A stretch of DNA of 64,000 nucleotides, from the NCBI GenBank assembly GCA_038065415.1, contig JBBTRA010000001.1:7894-71893 (forward strand), read 5' to 3'. How positions within the stretch are numbered: position 1 is the stretch's first letter; each line of letters starts with the position of its first letter. Source of the DNA: Patescibacteria group bacterium (GTDB lineage Bacteria > Patescibacteriota > Minisyncoccia > Phycocordibacterales > PALSA-1337). This document shows, piece by piece, positions 1-9,928 of the stretch. The translations under genes and the position numbers were made by a program. Below the pieces are notes generated by a model. That model made no database searches. It was not told the origin of the DNA and was given only the letters and a program-made list of their open reading frames with translations.

Positions 1-2613
1 CACATCTTCTGGTGTTCCCTTCGCCACAATCTTACCGCCTCGTTCACCCCCTTCTGGACCGATGTCTATGACATAATCAGCATTCTTGATGAGATCGAGG
101 TTGTGCTCGATAACCACTACTGTATTCCCCTTGTTCACCAACTTTTGCAAAATATCGATCAGCTTCTTAACGTCCTCATAGTGAAGGCCGACCGTCGGTT
201 CATCGAGCAGGTAGATAGTCTTCTGGAGATGAGCACGATAGAGTTCCGAGGATATCTTGACGCGCTGAGCTTCTCCACCAGAAAGGGTCGTCGCTGATTG
301 ACCCAACTTCACATAACCCAGACCTACATCCATAAGCGTCATCAGACGATCTTCAACAGCAGGGATATCTTTGAAGAACTCTAGCGCCTCCTCGATAGTG
401 AGCTCGAGTACTTCATGAATATTCTTCTTGCGGAACTGTATCTCGAGAGTCTCTTTCGTAAATCTCTTGCCGTTACAGACATCACAGATCACATACACGG
501 TCGGCAAGAAGTGCATCTCCACTGCAATCTCGCCATTACCCTCACAGGCTTCGCATCGGCCACCGGCACGATTGAAGGAGAATCTTCCTGGTCCCCACCC
601 GCGCGCACGCGCCTCAGCCTCAGATGCGAATAGATCGCGGATGTGCGTCCACGCACCAGTATAGGTGACGGGATTGGATCGTGGTGTGCGACCGATCGGA
701 CTCTGGTCGATGAGGATGACACGACCCACATACTCGGAACCCTTGAACTCAGCACAATTGATAGGCTTGTCTGTGCGGTGGCGCATCTCTAGACGCGCAG
801 AGAGATTCTTGTGCAAGATCTCGTACATGAAAGATGACTTGCCTGAACCAGAAACACCCGTGATGGCGTTGAGACAGCCGAGCGGCACATCTACATTCAG
901 GTCTTTGATATTGAAAGCGTGTCCACCACGAATCATCATCTTGCCCTTAGGCTCGCGACGCTGGGCGGGCACAGGGATTTTCTCTTCGCCACGCAGATAC
1001 GAGAGTGTCAGTGATCCTGAGGTATTCTTCTTGGCTTTGAGCAGATCATCGAGATATCCAGAAACAACGACTTTGCCACCATGCACGCCAGCCCCAGGAC
1101 CGATATCTACGATATAGTCTGACGCATGCATAGTATCTTCATCGTGCTCGACGACGATGATGGTATTACCGAGGTCACGGAGCTTGAGAAGTGTACCGAT
1201 GAGACGGTCATTATCGCGCTGGTGGAGACCGATGGTCGGCTCATCGAGGACATAGAGCGCTCCTACAAGACCCGAACCGAGCTGAGAAGCGAGACGGATA
1301 CGCTGAGCTTCTCCGCCGGAGAGTGTATTTGCACGACGATCAAGCGTGAGGTACTCGATACCGACATTGACCATGAACGAGAGGCGCGATTCGATTTCCT
1401 TAAGTACGACTTTGGAGATCTCTTTTTCTGCAGGACTGAGTTTGATCGATTCAAAATATTCGATAGCATGTTCGATCGACAAACTCGTAGTGTCGACGAT
1501 ATTCTTGTCGCCAATCTTCACATACAAAGCTTCTTCGCGAAGACGCGCACCCTTACATACCTTACAAGTCTCTTCAGCAAAAAATCCTTCTGTACCAAGT
1601 CCGTTGCAGGCGGCACAGGCACCGTAGGGCGAATTGAAAGAGAACAGGCGCGGCTCGACTTCTGGATATGAGAATCCGTCATAGGGACACATGAATTTTA
1701 CGGACATGAGTGTCTCGTCGGAAACAGCAGACGGAAGATCTCCCTCCTTCACGACCTCCGAAGATCTCCCTCGAGAGGCTTCCGTCTGCTGTTTCCACGG
1801 ATATTCGATACGAATCAAACCATCAGCTTCAAGCACGGCACGCTCGATGGCTTCCGACAGACGCTCGCGGGCATTACCAAGCTGTTTCTGATCACGGAAC
1901 TCGCTGACGAATATTTCGTCAACAAGTACATCAATATCGTGCTTCTTATTCTTTTCGAGGACGATCTGATCGCGAAGCCTCTTGATGACACCATCTACAC
2001 GGACACGATCATATCCTTTGCCGAGGAGATCATAGAGCATCTGATAGTACTCACCTTTCCTACCAACGACGACTGGTGCATAGACGCGAATCTTGGCGTC
2101 AGTGATGTCGACACCGTAGACTTTCTTGGCTTCAATAGCACGCGTAGTGACAGTACTCATGATCGCATTGAGGATTTCTTCCTGAGAGATACGATGGATA
2201 ACTCGTCCACACGTCAAACAATGCGGTTTGCCCACACGAGCAAAAAGGATACGGAGATAGTCATATATTTCAGTGATAGTGGCCACCGTCGAGCGCGGAT
2301 TGTTGGAACGAGACTTCTGGTCAATAGAGATGGCCGGAGAGAGGCCAGTGATCTCGTCGACATCTGGTTTTTGCATCTTGTGCAAGAACTGGCGCGCATA
2401 TGCCGAAAGTGATTCGACATAGCGACGCTGACCTTCTGCAAAGATAGTATCAAATGCGAACGATGATTTGCCTGATCCTGACAGGCCAGTGACCGCAATC
2501 ATGGTATTGCGCGGCATCTCAACCGTGATGTTCTTGAGGTTATGCGTGCGCGCTCCCTTGACCACTATTTTGTCCTCCCCATGAATTTGTGGATGTTTGC
2601 GTGCTGATGACAT
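1..2613 (-). CDS. uvrA: Excinuclease ABC subunit A (3' end runs off the window)
   Basis: Manual translation: starts [31 protein letters not shown], has GLSGSGKS Walker A and CxxC zinc motifs, and reaches [20 protein letters not shown] at the window edge. Absent from the ORF track because no stop lies in the window. Confidence 0.97.
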   Translation of the reverse strand, partial: MSSARKHPQIHGEDKIVVKGARTHNLKNITVEMPRNTMIAVTGLSGSGKSSFAFDTIFAEGQRRYVESLSAYARQFLHKMQKPDVDEITGLSPAISIDQKSRSNNPRSTVATITEIYDYLRILFARVGKPHCLTCGRVIHRISQEEILNAIMSTVTTRAIEAKKVYGVDITDAKIRVYAPVVVGRKGEYYQMLYDLLGKGYDRVRVDGVIKRLRDQIVLEKNKKHDIDVLVDEIFVSEFRDQKQLGNARERLSEAIERAVLEADGLIRIEYPWKQQTEASRGRSSEVVKEGDLPSAVSDETLMSVKFMCPYDGFSYPEVEPRLFSFNSPYGACAACNGLGTEGFFAEETCKVCKGARLREEALYVKIGDKNIVDTTSLSIEHAIEYFESIKLSPAEKEISKVVLKEIESRLSFMVNVGIEYLTLDRRANTLSGGEAQRIRLASQLGSGLVGALYVLDEPTIGLHQRDNDRLIGTLLKLRDLGNTIIVVEHDEDTMHASDYIVDIGPGAGVHGGKVVVSGYLDDLLKAKKNTSGSLTLSYLRGEEKIPVPAQRREPKGKMMIRGGHAFNIKDLNVDVPLGCLNAITGVSGSGKSSFMYEILHKNLSARLEMRHRTDKPINCAEFKGSEYVGRVILIDQSPIGRTPRSNPVTYTGAWTHIRDLFASEAEARARGWGPGRFSFNRAGGRCEACEGNGEIAVEMHFLPTVYVICDVCNGKRFTKETLEIQFRKKNIHEVLELTIEEALEFFKDIPAVEDRLMTLMDVGLGYVKLGQSATTLSGGEAQRVKISSELYRAHLQKTIYLLDEPTVGLHYEDVKKLIDILQKLVNKGNTVVVIEHNLDLIKNADYVIDIGPEGGERGGKIVAKGTPEDV
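1720..1796. repeat. 18-bp perfect inverted repeat with an overlapping 13-bp direct repeat, in frame inside uvrA
   Basis: GGAAACAGCAGACGGAAG (1720-1737) / CTTCCGTCTGCTGTTTCC (1779-1796); GAAGATCTCCCTC at 1734 and 1760. Confidence 0.9.
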
Positions 2614-2664
2614 TGTGGCGGGATAGTATCATATTTTTCCCTTATCCGCCAGTACAACGCCTCC

Positions 2665-3453
2665 CTATTTGCAGAGTGCTCGTATCTCGACGACGATCTG
2701 ATCCAGTGAAGTTGCGGCCTTGACCAGAAACTTCTGAGCACCGAGTGTCTGGGCACGATCGATATCGCTCTGCTTGTTGAGGTTGGAGAGTATCATGACA
2801 GGCACCTTGTTCGTAGCTGGAGCTGCTCTGACCTTCTGGAGGATATCGAACCCATTCATACCTGGCATGAGGAGATCGAGCACAACGGCATCAGGAACGA
2901 TGGTCTTGAGAGCCTCGAGGGCTTCATCGCCATTCTTTGCATGGAAGAGGTCAAAACCGGAAGCTATGAGCTTCTTTGCAAGGATGGTGCCGATGAGCTT
3001 ATCATCCTCAACCCAAAGAATCTTCTTCTTGTCACCCGGAGTGGCAGCGATGCCAAGATCATTGCTACCATAGCCAAATTCTGCATTCACTTTCTTAAGT
3101 ATTTCACTCGCATCCGCATGAAGATCGAGGATGAACTCTTTGACTGCCCCCTGAGGCACCAGCCGCATGTTGATAGGCACCCCTTGAGTCGAGAGGAGGA
3201 AGACAGGGATTTTGGCGAGAAGAGATTCTGCAGCTTTCTTCTCGATAATCTCGTAGCCGGTCATGGTGGGCAGGACTATGTCGACAAGGATGAGGTGTGG
3301 CATCGTGTCGTAGATAGCTTTGAGCCCCTCAGCTCCATCAGTGACCACATTGACGGTATAGCCTTCCTTCTTCAAGGCATCACTCACACGCGTTGCAAAC
3401 TCTCCATTTGCCTCGATGATGAGAATTTTTTCTTTCTTGGGGGTTGGGTTCAT
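2665..3453 (-). CDS. Response regulator with two receiver domains and no output domain
   Basis: KILIIE..LILVDIVLP and KILWVEDD..VVLDLLMPGMNG..FLVKA; start placed at MNPTPKK, just after a TACAAT box. Confidence 0.9.
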   Translation of the reverse strand: MNPTPKKEKILIIEANGEFATRVSDALKKEGYTVNVVTDGAEGLKAIYDTMPHLILVDIVLPTMTGYEIIEKKAAESLLAKIPVFLLSTQGVPINMRLVPQGAVKEFILDLHADASEILKKVNAEFGYGSNDLGIAATPGDKKKILWVEDDKLIGTILAKKLIASGFDLFHAKNGDEALEALKTIVPDAVVLDLLMPGMNGFDILQKVRAAPATNKVPVMILSNLNKQSDIDRAQTLGAQKFLVKAATSLDQIVVEIRALCK

Positions 3454-3623
3454 ATGGCCCCTATTGTAACACGAGGATACAGTGCGCAATATGATGCTTG
3501 TGAATAGGACTAACGATGCAGCCTATGTCGAAGCCCTCCGTCGGCTCGAAGCGTGAGTTGGGATTGTGAACGCAATACCTCGTGAGATTTATTCTTGCGG
3601 GGTTTTTTATATGGGACTATACA

Positions 3624-3653
3624 TTGACAATCCATAACTAAACATGGTACTGT
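3624..3653 (+). promoter_or_regulatory. Sigma70-type promoter
   Basis: TTGACA-18-TACTGT with extended TG; SD AAAGGA before ATG 3710. Confidence 0.6.
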
Positions 3654-3709
3654 ACACATAGTCAATTTTAGAACATTTAAAACAAAACCATCAACCAAAG
3701 GACCTCATC

Positions 3710-4405
3710 ATGTCCCTGTCTCTCTCCCTCCGCTCCCAACTCACCCAACGGACCAACTTGCGCCACTATTTGGGCTTGCGTCACAGTCTGAACCTGGAAC
3801 AAAGATGCGAACTGCGTCAAGAATTGGTCAAAAGCGACTCTGACCGGTACCGCGAATTCCTCGGTTTCATCAGCTCTATGCATGGCGTCAAAATGTTGCC
3901 GGCAGCAACCTGCCCCAAATGCTCGACGGGTTTGCAAATCGCGGAGATCGTGCTCGGCTTCAAAACCGATGTCAACGACTTCACGACGCAGTGCCCAAAA
4001 TGCAAGGTGCGCTTTGAGCCAACCAATCTGCTCAGTTTCCAAACTGGGCGCGAGGTAGGGTTCTACTGCAATCCGCAAACTCGAAACCAGTTGCCAGGAA
4101 AGGAGACCTTGGAGCCGGCAGATTTTGAGAAGCAATTCTCGGAAGTCTACTACTCCGCCCTCTTCTGGTTCGGCAGCCTCTTCAATGCGTTCAAGATGGT
4201 TGGAATCGAATACCGCCGCGAAAAGTTCGACCTCAAGACGAAAGCTCGGACATGTCTGGGCAAAGTCTCTGACCAGGACATTTCGAGAATCTTCGGGCTC
4301 CGCATCAAGGAAGTCGCCGAGATGCGGAAGACACTCAAAATTCCGGCGTACACCGGAAAGAAGAGTATCATCCCGGCAAACTGGTCTTTGAGCTTCTCAG
4401 CCTAA
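3710..4405 (+). CDS. Hypothetical zinc-ribbon/HTH protein
   Basis: 231 aa; two CPKC motifs; C-terminal SDQDISRIFG..VAEMRKTLKIPAY HTH-like segment; SD present. Confidence 0.8.
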   Translation: MSLSLSLRSQLTQRTNLRHYLGLRHSLNLEQRCELRQELVKSDSDRYREFLGFISSMHGVKMLPAATCPKCSTGLQIAEIVLGFKTDVNDFTTQCPKCKVRFEPTNLLSFQTGREVGFYCNPQTRNQLPGKETLEPADFEKQFSEVYYSALFWFGSLFNAFKMVGIEYRREKFDLKTKARTCLGKVSDQDISRIFGLRIKEVAEMRKTLKIPAYTGKKSIIPANWSLSFSA

Positions 4406-4426
4406 GACCTCAACCAATAAGGACAC

Positions 4427-4756
4427 ATGAAAATCAAGAAAGGCACGGAGTCCCCCTCGAAGATGGAAAACACCACCCTCCAGGAAGGAGACCGTTGCGT
4501 GTGGTACAAACTCCACGGCACGCTCTGCTTCCTCCGGGGAGTACAAACCCTTCGGGATAACTTTGGTGATGACAAGTTCCTCATCAAACCGGCCAACATC
4601 ATCCAGTTCTATGCGATCATGCAAGTGGTTGCGTCAGCCGCTGGACTGGTCGCGGAAATGGGAGTGGAGGATGAGAAGATCTTCTCCTACAACTTCGTCA
4701 AACCGAAGCCTGAAGAGGATCAGGAAAAGCATGCCGTCGTGCAAGCGACTGCCTGA
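4427..4756 (+). CDS. Hypothetical protein
   Basis: 109 aa, TAAGGA SD, directly follows the previous gene. Confidence 0.7.
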   Translation: MKIKKGTESPSKMENTTLQEGDRCVWYKLHGTLCFLRGVQTLRDNFGDDKFLIKPANIIQFYAIMQVVASAAGLVAEMGVEDEKIFSYNFVKPKPEEDQEKHAVVQATA

Positions 4757-4867
4757 CGAAGGTACTTCTACTCTATCGCGCCACTGAAAAGTGTGTGCGA
4801 TTTTTATATTCCTACACAGGCAGGAATACCCATATTTATAGCCCTCCACCACGACCTACGAAGGTAC

Positions 4868-4895
4868 TTGACAAATCCTGTAGGTTTGCTATAAT
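4868..4895 (+). promoter_or_regulatory. Near-consensus sigma70 promoter
   Basis: TTGACA-16-TATAAT with TGn extended -10. Confidence 0.8.
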
Positions 4896-4901
4896 ATGTA
4901 G

Positions 4902-5159
4902 CAAGATAGATTGAGTTGTGGGTATTACACAGTATCTATCCGAAGTTCTTTGGAATCTGGGCGCGTAGAAGCATGAGCTCTGCTCCGCAATACCTGTTTA
5001 AAATCCCTAGGACCCGAAAAACCCTCCGAGGCAGGTTGCTTGTATAGAGATCTGCTTAGCGTCCCCGGACTGATCATCCAGGGCTTTTCATCCTAAGTTC
5101 CGAAAGACATGATCACCTTTCGACCATCGCGCACTCCTCCAGTAGGTAGTGCGCGATTT
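4902..5159 (+). ncRNA. Candidate structured non-coding RNA
   Basis: Strong promoter, no long ORF, ~106-nt interrupted rod (4959-5064), extra stems and a closing hairpin. Confidence 0.5.
5126..5159. terminator. Hairpin terminator between convergent units
   Basis: ATCGCGCACT...AGTGCGCGAT followed by a short T tract. Confidence 0.6.
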
Positions 5160-5166
5160 AACTTAT

Positions 5167-7251
5167 CTATACTTTATTTTTCTTCATTATCTTCCCCTCC
5201 CCCTTCTTCTCCGCTTTTTTCTCCTTTGCAAACTTAGCTTCCAACGCAATCAGTTCATCTCTCACCAATGCCGCCGTCTCGAAATCGAGCGCCTTAACCG
5301 CCTCTTCCATCTGCTCCTGCTTCATCTTCATGAGCTGCTTCGGGTTGGTACGTGCGAGCTCCTCGTCGATCTTCACCATCTCATTCACCGCCTTCTCATG
5401 ATCCGTACGCAGATGGTCGGTGATGTCGTGGATAGCCTTGATGATGGTCTGAGGTGTGATACCGTGCTTCTCATTATATGCAACCTGGATGGCACGACGA
5501 CGATCAGTCTCTTTGATAGCACGATCCATAGATCCAGTGAGATTGTCGGCATAGAGAATGACTCGACCCGCAGCATTACGCGCAGCACGACCGATAGTCT
5601 GGATGAGTGCCGTCTCGGAACGCAGGAACCCTTCTTTGTCTGCATCGAGAATACCGATGAGCGACACCTCCGGCAGATCGAGACCTTCGCGGAGCAGGTT
5701 GACTCCTACCACAATGTCGTACTTCCCTCTACGGAAATCAGTGAGGATATTGATACGATCGATAGTCTTAATGTCACTGTGCAGATATGCAGCCTTGATG
5801 TCCTTCTCTTTGAGGAACTCAGACAGATCCTCAGCCATCTTCTTGGTGAGTGTAGTAGCGATCACACGGAATCCTGCCTTGATGGTTTTCTCCGCTTCTT
5901 CAATGAAGTCGAACACCTGACCCTTGTAGCCAGCACTCTCACGAATCGGTTTGATATCGACGACCGGGTCGATGAGACCCGTTGGACGAATGACCTGTTC
6001 GACGACTTGCTGACTCGTTTCCGCTTCATACTTACCCGGAGTTGCAGAGGTATAGATCATCGGACCGACTCTCTCCAAGAATTCAGCAAACTTGAGTGGA
6101 CGATTGTCTTTTGCTGATGGAAGCCTGAAACCATGCTCGACGAGCGTGTCCTTGCGAGAAGCATCACCTGCATACATACCGTTGAGCTGAGGTATCGTCA
6201 CATGCGACTCATCGACAATAGTCAGGAAATCCGGTTTACCATCCTTAGTCTTAGGAAAATACGCGAGCAAGGTATCTGGCGGCTGACCGGGCATCATTCC
6301 CGAGAAGTGACGCGAATAGTTCTCGATACCATTGGTATACCCAATCTCTTTGATCATCGAAAGATCATACTTCACACGTCTCTTGAGGCGTTCTGCTTCG
6401 AGAACCTTCCCTGCTTTTTCGAGCGCTTTGAGCCTATCTGCGAGTTCCGCCTGGATAGTCTTGTATGCACGCTCACTCTGCTCGTCGTTGGAAATGAAGT
6501 GCTTTGCCGGGAAAACGAAGATGGAATCATGTGTGCCACGGACTGAGCGGGATACAGGATCGAGTTCGATGATCGCAGAAATATAGCTGCCTTCATAATC
6601 GAGGCGATACACCGTCTTATCATTCACCGGCATTATCTCAATAGTATTTCCGATCGCCCTGAATTGGCCCGACTTGAGATCAGCAGTAGTACGCTCGAAG
6701 TGCACATCGATGAGGCGGCGGATGAGCTCAGCACGAGAAAGTTCCATACCGACCGCAAGCTTGATGTTCACTTTCTCGTATTCTTCGGGACTTCCCAAAC
6801 CATAGATACAAGAAACAGACGCAACAATGATGACATCTTTGCGCGTGAGGAGTGCTTGCGTAGATGCATGGCGAAGACGCTCGATCTCTTCGTTGATCAT
6901 CGCCTCCTTCTCGATATAGGTATCACTCGACGGGATATATGCCTCGGGCTGATAGTAATCATAGTAGGACACAAAGTAGTGCACTGCATTTTCTGGGAAA
7001 AATTCTCGATACTCCTGCGCGAGCTGAGCGGCGAGCGTCTTGTTGTGCGCGATGACGAGAGTAGGCTTGCCATAGCTTGCGATGACATTTGCCGCCGTGA
7101 ATGTTTTGCCGGATCCAGTGACTCCGAGGAGAGTCTGCCTATCATGACCCTTCTTGAGTCCCTCGATAAGTGCAGGAATTGCCGTCACCTGGTCTCCAGC
7201 AGGTGTGAGGGTGGTGGCTATTTTGAAAGGGGTTTTCGAGTCCTTTGACAT
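5167..7251 (-). CDS. uvrB: Excinuclease ABC subunit B
   Basis: GVTGSGKT, AHNKTLAAQL, YFVSYYDYYQPEAY, DESH, NLLREGLDLPEV and a C-terminal UVR domain. Confidence 0.99.
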   Translation of the reverse strand: MSKDSKTPFKIATTLTPAGDQVTAIPALIEGLKKGHDRQTLLGVTGSGKTFTAANVIASYGKPTLVIAHNKTLAAQLAQEYREFFPENAVHYFVSYYDYYQPEAYIPSSDTYIEKEAMINEEIERLRHASTQALLTRKDVIIVASVSCIYGLGSPEEYEKVNIKLAVGMELSRAELIRRLIDVHFERTTADLKSGQFRAIGNTIEIMPVNDKTVYRLDYEGSYISAIIELDPVSRSVRGTHDSIFVFPAKHFISNDEQSERAYKTIQAELADRLKALEKAGKVLEAERLKRRVKYDLSMIKEIGYTNGIENYSRHFSGMMPGQPPDTLLAYFPKTKDGKPDFLTIVDESHVTIPQLNGMYAGDASRKDTLVEHGFRLPSAKDNRPLKFAEFLERVGPMIYTSATPGKYEAETSQQVVEQVIRPTGLIDPVVDIKPIRESAGYKGQVFDFIEEAEKTIKAGFRVIATTLTKKMAEDLSEFLKEKDIKAAYLHSDIKTIDRINILTDFRRGKYDIVVGVNLLREGLDLPEVSLIGILDADKEGFLRSETALIQTIGRAARNAAGRVILYADNLTGSMDRAIKETDRRRAIQVAYNEKHGITPQTIIKAIHDITDHLRTDHEKAVNEMVKIDEELARTNPKQLMKMKQEQMEEAVKALDFETAALVRDELIALEAKFAKEKKAEKKGEGKIMKKNKV

Positions 7252-7326
7252 GGGAGTACTATACGATAAAAGGACAGTTTTGACTATTGTGCTCGACTTG
7301 AAGCTCTTTTATTTCTTGCAAAACTT

Positions 7327-7355
7327 TTGACAGGTTTAATATATCATGCTAGAAT
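7327..7355 (+). promoter_or_regulatory. Sigma70 promoter of a short orphan transcript
   Basis: TTGACA-17-TAGAAT with TGn. Confidence 0.65.
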
Positions 7356-7626
7356 CATTTTTAGATTCGCAGCGCGCACCCACTACGAGAGGTTCGCCAT
7401 GACCTCCTCGATTGGATCGGCGCGACGCGATCAACCGGAACAAGGTAGATCTGTGCCACAAAAATTGGTGGGAGACACTGAAGCGGACGACGCGAAAGCC
7501 GCAGAGTCGAATACGTACACGCGACCCTTGCAAGTCGCACACCACCCCATCCACCTTGGTTCCGTCGTAACACACACGCCCCTTGCGCAAGCAGGGGGCG
7601 TTTCTACATATTCAGCATCAACAAAT

Positions 7627-7658
7627 AAAAACCGCATACCTTCTTCAGGAATGCGGTT
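7627..7658 (-). terminator. Intrinsic terminator
   Basis: AACCGCAT..ATGCGGTT stem with A run on the + strand; very similar to 27049-27082. Confidence 0.7.
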
Positions 7659-7690
7659 GCGTAGGAACTACAGCGTGCACGATTGTTTTT

Positions 7691-8101
7691 CTACAGGCTG
7701 TCGCCTCGCAGTACCGGGACCCATACGGACCCGTTGAAACGGAATTGGTGGCGATAAGGCGTACTCGCGACCTTGAACCAGCCGAAGTCTCCAGCTTTGG
7801 GATGGAGTACTGGCTTGTACCCTTTACGAGTGGTAAACGCGACACTGGCGTCGAGGAGCGTGGCGATGATCAACGCCCGCTGAGGACGCGTGATCCACTC
7901 ATGCTCATCGAGCGGCGAACGGAATACCAGTTCGGACTTCCCCGTAACATCCCATCTCCACGAAAAATTATCTCGCGGATGTGGAGGTTCGGAGCTCTGA
8001 TCCTTCCTCCTGGTATAGAGGAACTCATGGGAGTCAGGGGCAATGTAACGGGATCGTATCTGGTGACCCCCGAGCAATCTCAGACTGACAGGCATACTCA
8101 T
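7691..8101 (-). CDS. Hypothetical protein
   Basis: 136 aa with an A/C-rich leader, followed by a terminator. Confidence 0.55.
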   Translation of the reverse strand: MSMPVSLRLLGGHQIRSRYIAPDSHEFLYTRRKDQSSEPPHPRDNFSWRWDVTGKSELVFRSPLDEHEWITRPQRALIIATLLDASVAFTTRKGYKPVLHPKAGDFGWFKVASTPYRHQFRFNGSVWVPVLRGDSL

Positions 8102-8162
8102 ATCTTTCGTTGTGTGTTTTTCCGTATCTCTCCCGACGACGCCACACCCGTGGCGCCGCCAT

Positions 8163-8540
8163 TCAAGGTTCTTGTTCCCCCAGATGGTTCGGCGAGCTTG
8201 CCGTCCGTTCCGAAGAGAAATCTACCGGGATGGCTGTGGGTGCAACAAGTGCATACACTGACACAGCATCCCAATCAAGACAGTTCGTCGAGCGATACCA
8301 GAGACCGTCATCGAGAGACCACATGTACGGGACCTTGAATTCCCCGATGATGAACCATCTGACTTCCTCGTCGCGCGGCTTCTTTTCCTGAATGAACCGA
8401 CGACGGCCCGGTGTATACCGGAATTTTGGGTCGCACACTGTGGCGAGTTTCCATACGAGAGCATTAGGCTCCAGAACCTCGGGAACGTACGCGAGGATCA
8501 TGGATGCCGTAATGATCTTCCTTCTCTTCTGAATCTTCAT
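8163..8540 (-). CDS. Hypothetical protein
   Basis: 125 aa with SD AGAAAGGA. Confidence 0.65.
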   Translation of the reverse strand: MKIQKRRKIITASMILAYVPEVLEPNALVWKLATVCDPKFRYTPGRRRFIQEKKPRDEEVRWFIIGEFKVPYMWSLDDGLWYRSTNCLDWDAVSVYALVAPTAIPVDFSSERTASSPNHLGEQEP

Positions 8541-8927
8541 AGGGTTTCCTTTCTCGTTGTGTTGTTCACCGAAATCGTAACGACAGGAGGGGTGGGCAAT
8601 CTACCTCGCGGGGTAAAATTCTTGACCACCGTACCCTCCTGTCGCAAAATCATGCAAGCTGTCAAAGATCTATCGTTTCCTTCATTCTCGACCAGTGGCC
8701 AAGACAAGAAAACAGGCTCCTCACTTTCGTTTGGAGCCTGTTCCTGTAATTAATTAGTGTGAGAAATTCATTACAAAGACTGACTCCAAACATGCTGCCA
8801 GACGGCGAGCATGCGGGAAGTAATATTGGTCTTCGTAAAATGATAACTCATGGATGTTCGATAATCATAGCACCACTATTTTGGAATGCAAGTGGGTTAT
8901 TCACAGGCCAATCTAGAGGTTCAATCG

Positions 8928-9920
8928 CTACTTCTTCCTCAACACAACCCTCTGCACCGCCGCGTATATATCTTTCTCCCCCATACCATAGTGTTCGAGG
9001 AGCTCGTCTGGTTTGCCGGACTGGCCAAACTCATTCTTGACCCCGATGAACTCTATCGGTACTGGGAAATGCGCCGCGAGGCATTCAGCCACTGCACCAC
9101 CGAGTCCACCAATAATTTGATGCTCTTCGATGGTAACGATTGCACGCGACTCATGCGCGAGCTTTATGATAGCTTCTTCATCGAGCGGCTTGATCGTATG
9201 TATATTGAGAACGGTCACCTTCTTACCTTCTTCAGACAGCTTGTGTGCAACCTTGAGAGCTTTGAAGAGGAGTGCACCCGTAGCGATAATACCGACATCT
9301 GGCTTTTCTGACTTGAAGACAATCTGTGCCTTCCCTATCTCAAAAGGTGTTTCCTCAGTCGTCATCACCGGAGTCTTCTCGCGCGCAAGGCGAATGTATG
9401 TCGGGTCATCTGTCTTCGCTGCTGCAAGCGTAGCCTTTTTGGCTTGAATAGCGTCGCATGGCGAAATAACGACCATGCGTGGTATTACTCTCATGAGTGC
9501 AATATCTTCAATAGCCTGGTGCGTACCGCCGTCAGGACCAACTGAGATACCCGCGTGTGAACCAGCAATCTTAACCGGCCTGTCGTTGTACGCAATGGTT
9601 GTCCTGATCTGTTCCCAATTCCTACCAGGACTAAACATGGCATATGAGGTGATGAATGGTATCTTGCCCATAGCTGCCATACCGGATGCGACGGTTGCCA
9701 GATTTTGTTCCGCAACGCCGATCTCGATGAATCGTTCAGGAAATTTCTGCTTGAATGCGAGCATATGAGTAGATTCGGTAAGGTCAGCGCACAACCCAAC
9801 CACCCTCTTATCGGTTTCGGCAGCCTGAAGGAGCCCTTCGCCAAAGCCTTTACGAATAGGAACTTGCTCGACGGCTGGGTCGAGGAGTTTGGGGTTGAGT
9901 TTGAGGTGAGGGTTAAGCAT
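8928..9920 (-). CDS. Transketolase, C-terminal (pyrimidine-binding) subunit
   Basis: ADLTEST, IGVAEQN, GPDGGTHQAIED, EEHQIIGGLG; start placed at MLNPHLKLN. Confidence 0.96.
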   Translation of the reverse strand: MLNPHLKLNPKLLDPAVEQVPIRKGFGEGLLQAAETDKRVVGLCADLTESTHMLAFKQKFPERFIEIGVAEQNLATVASGMAAMGKIPFITSYAMFSPGRNWEQIRTTIAYNDRPVKIAGSHAGISVGPDGGTHQAIEDIALMRVIPRMVVISPCDAIQAKKATLAAAKTDDPTYIRLAREKTPVMTTEETPFEIGKAQIVFKSEKPDVGIIATGALLFKALKVAHKLSEEGKKVTVLNIHTIKPLDEEAIIKLAHESRAIVTIEEHQIIGGLGGAVAECLAAHFPVPIEFIGVKNEFGQSGKPDELLEHYGMGEKDIYAAVQRVVLRKK

Positions 9921-9928
9921 GTATATTC

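Noticed and set aside
103-2498. Numerous ORF-track entries over uvrA, and 61832-63933 over topA
   Set aside because: Antisense or off-frame shadows of uvrA and topA, which the track missed because they cross the window edges. The same applies to long antisense ORFs such as 5149-6117, 23694-24590 and 32975-33817.
7583-8338. 251-aa plus-strand ORF
   Set aside because: It crosses a terminator hairpin, lacks a start context, and overlaps two minus-strand ORFs with better leader and terminator support.
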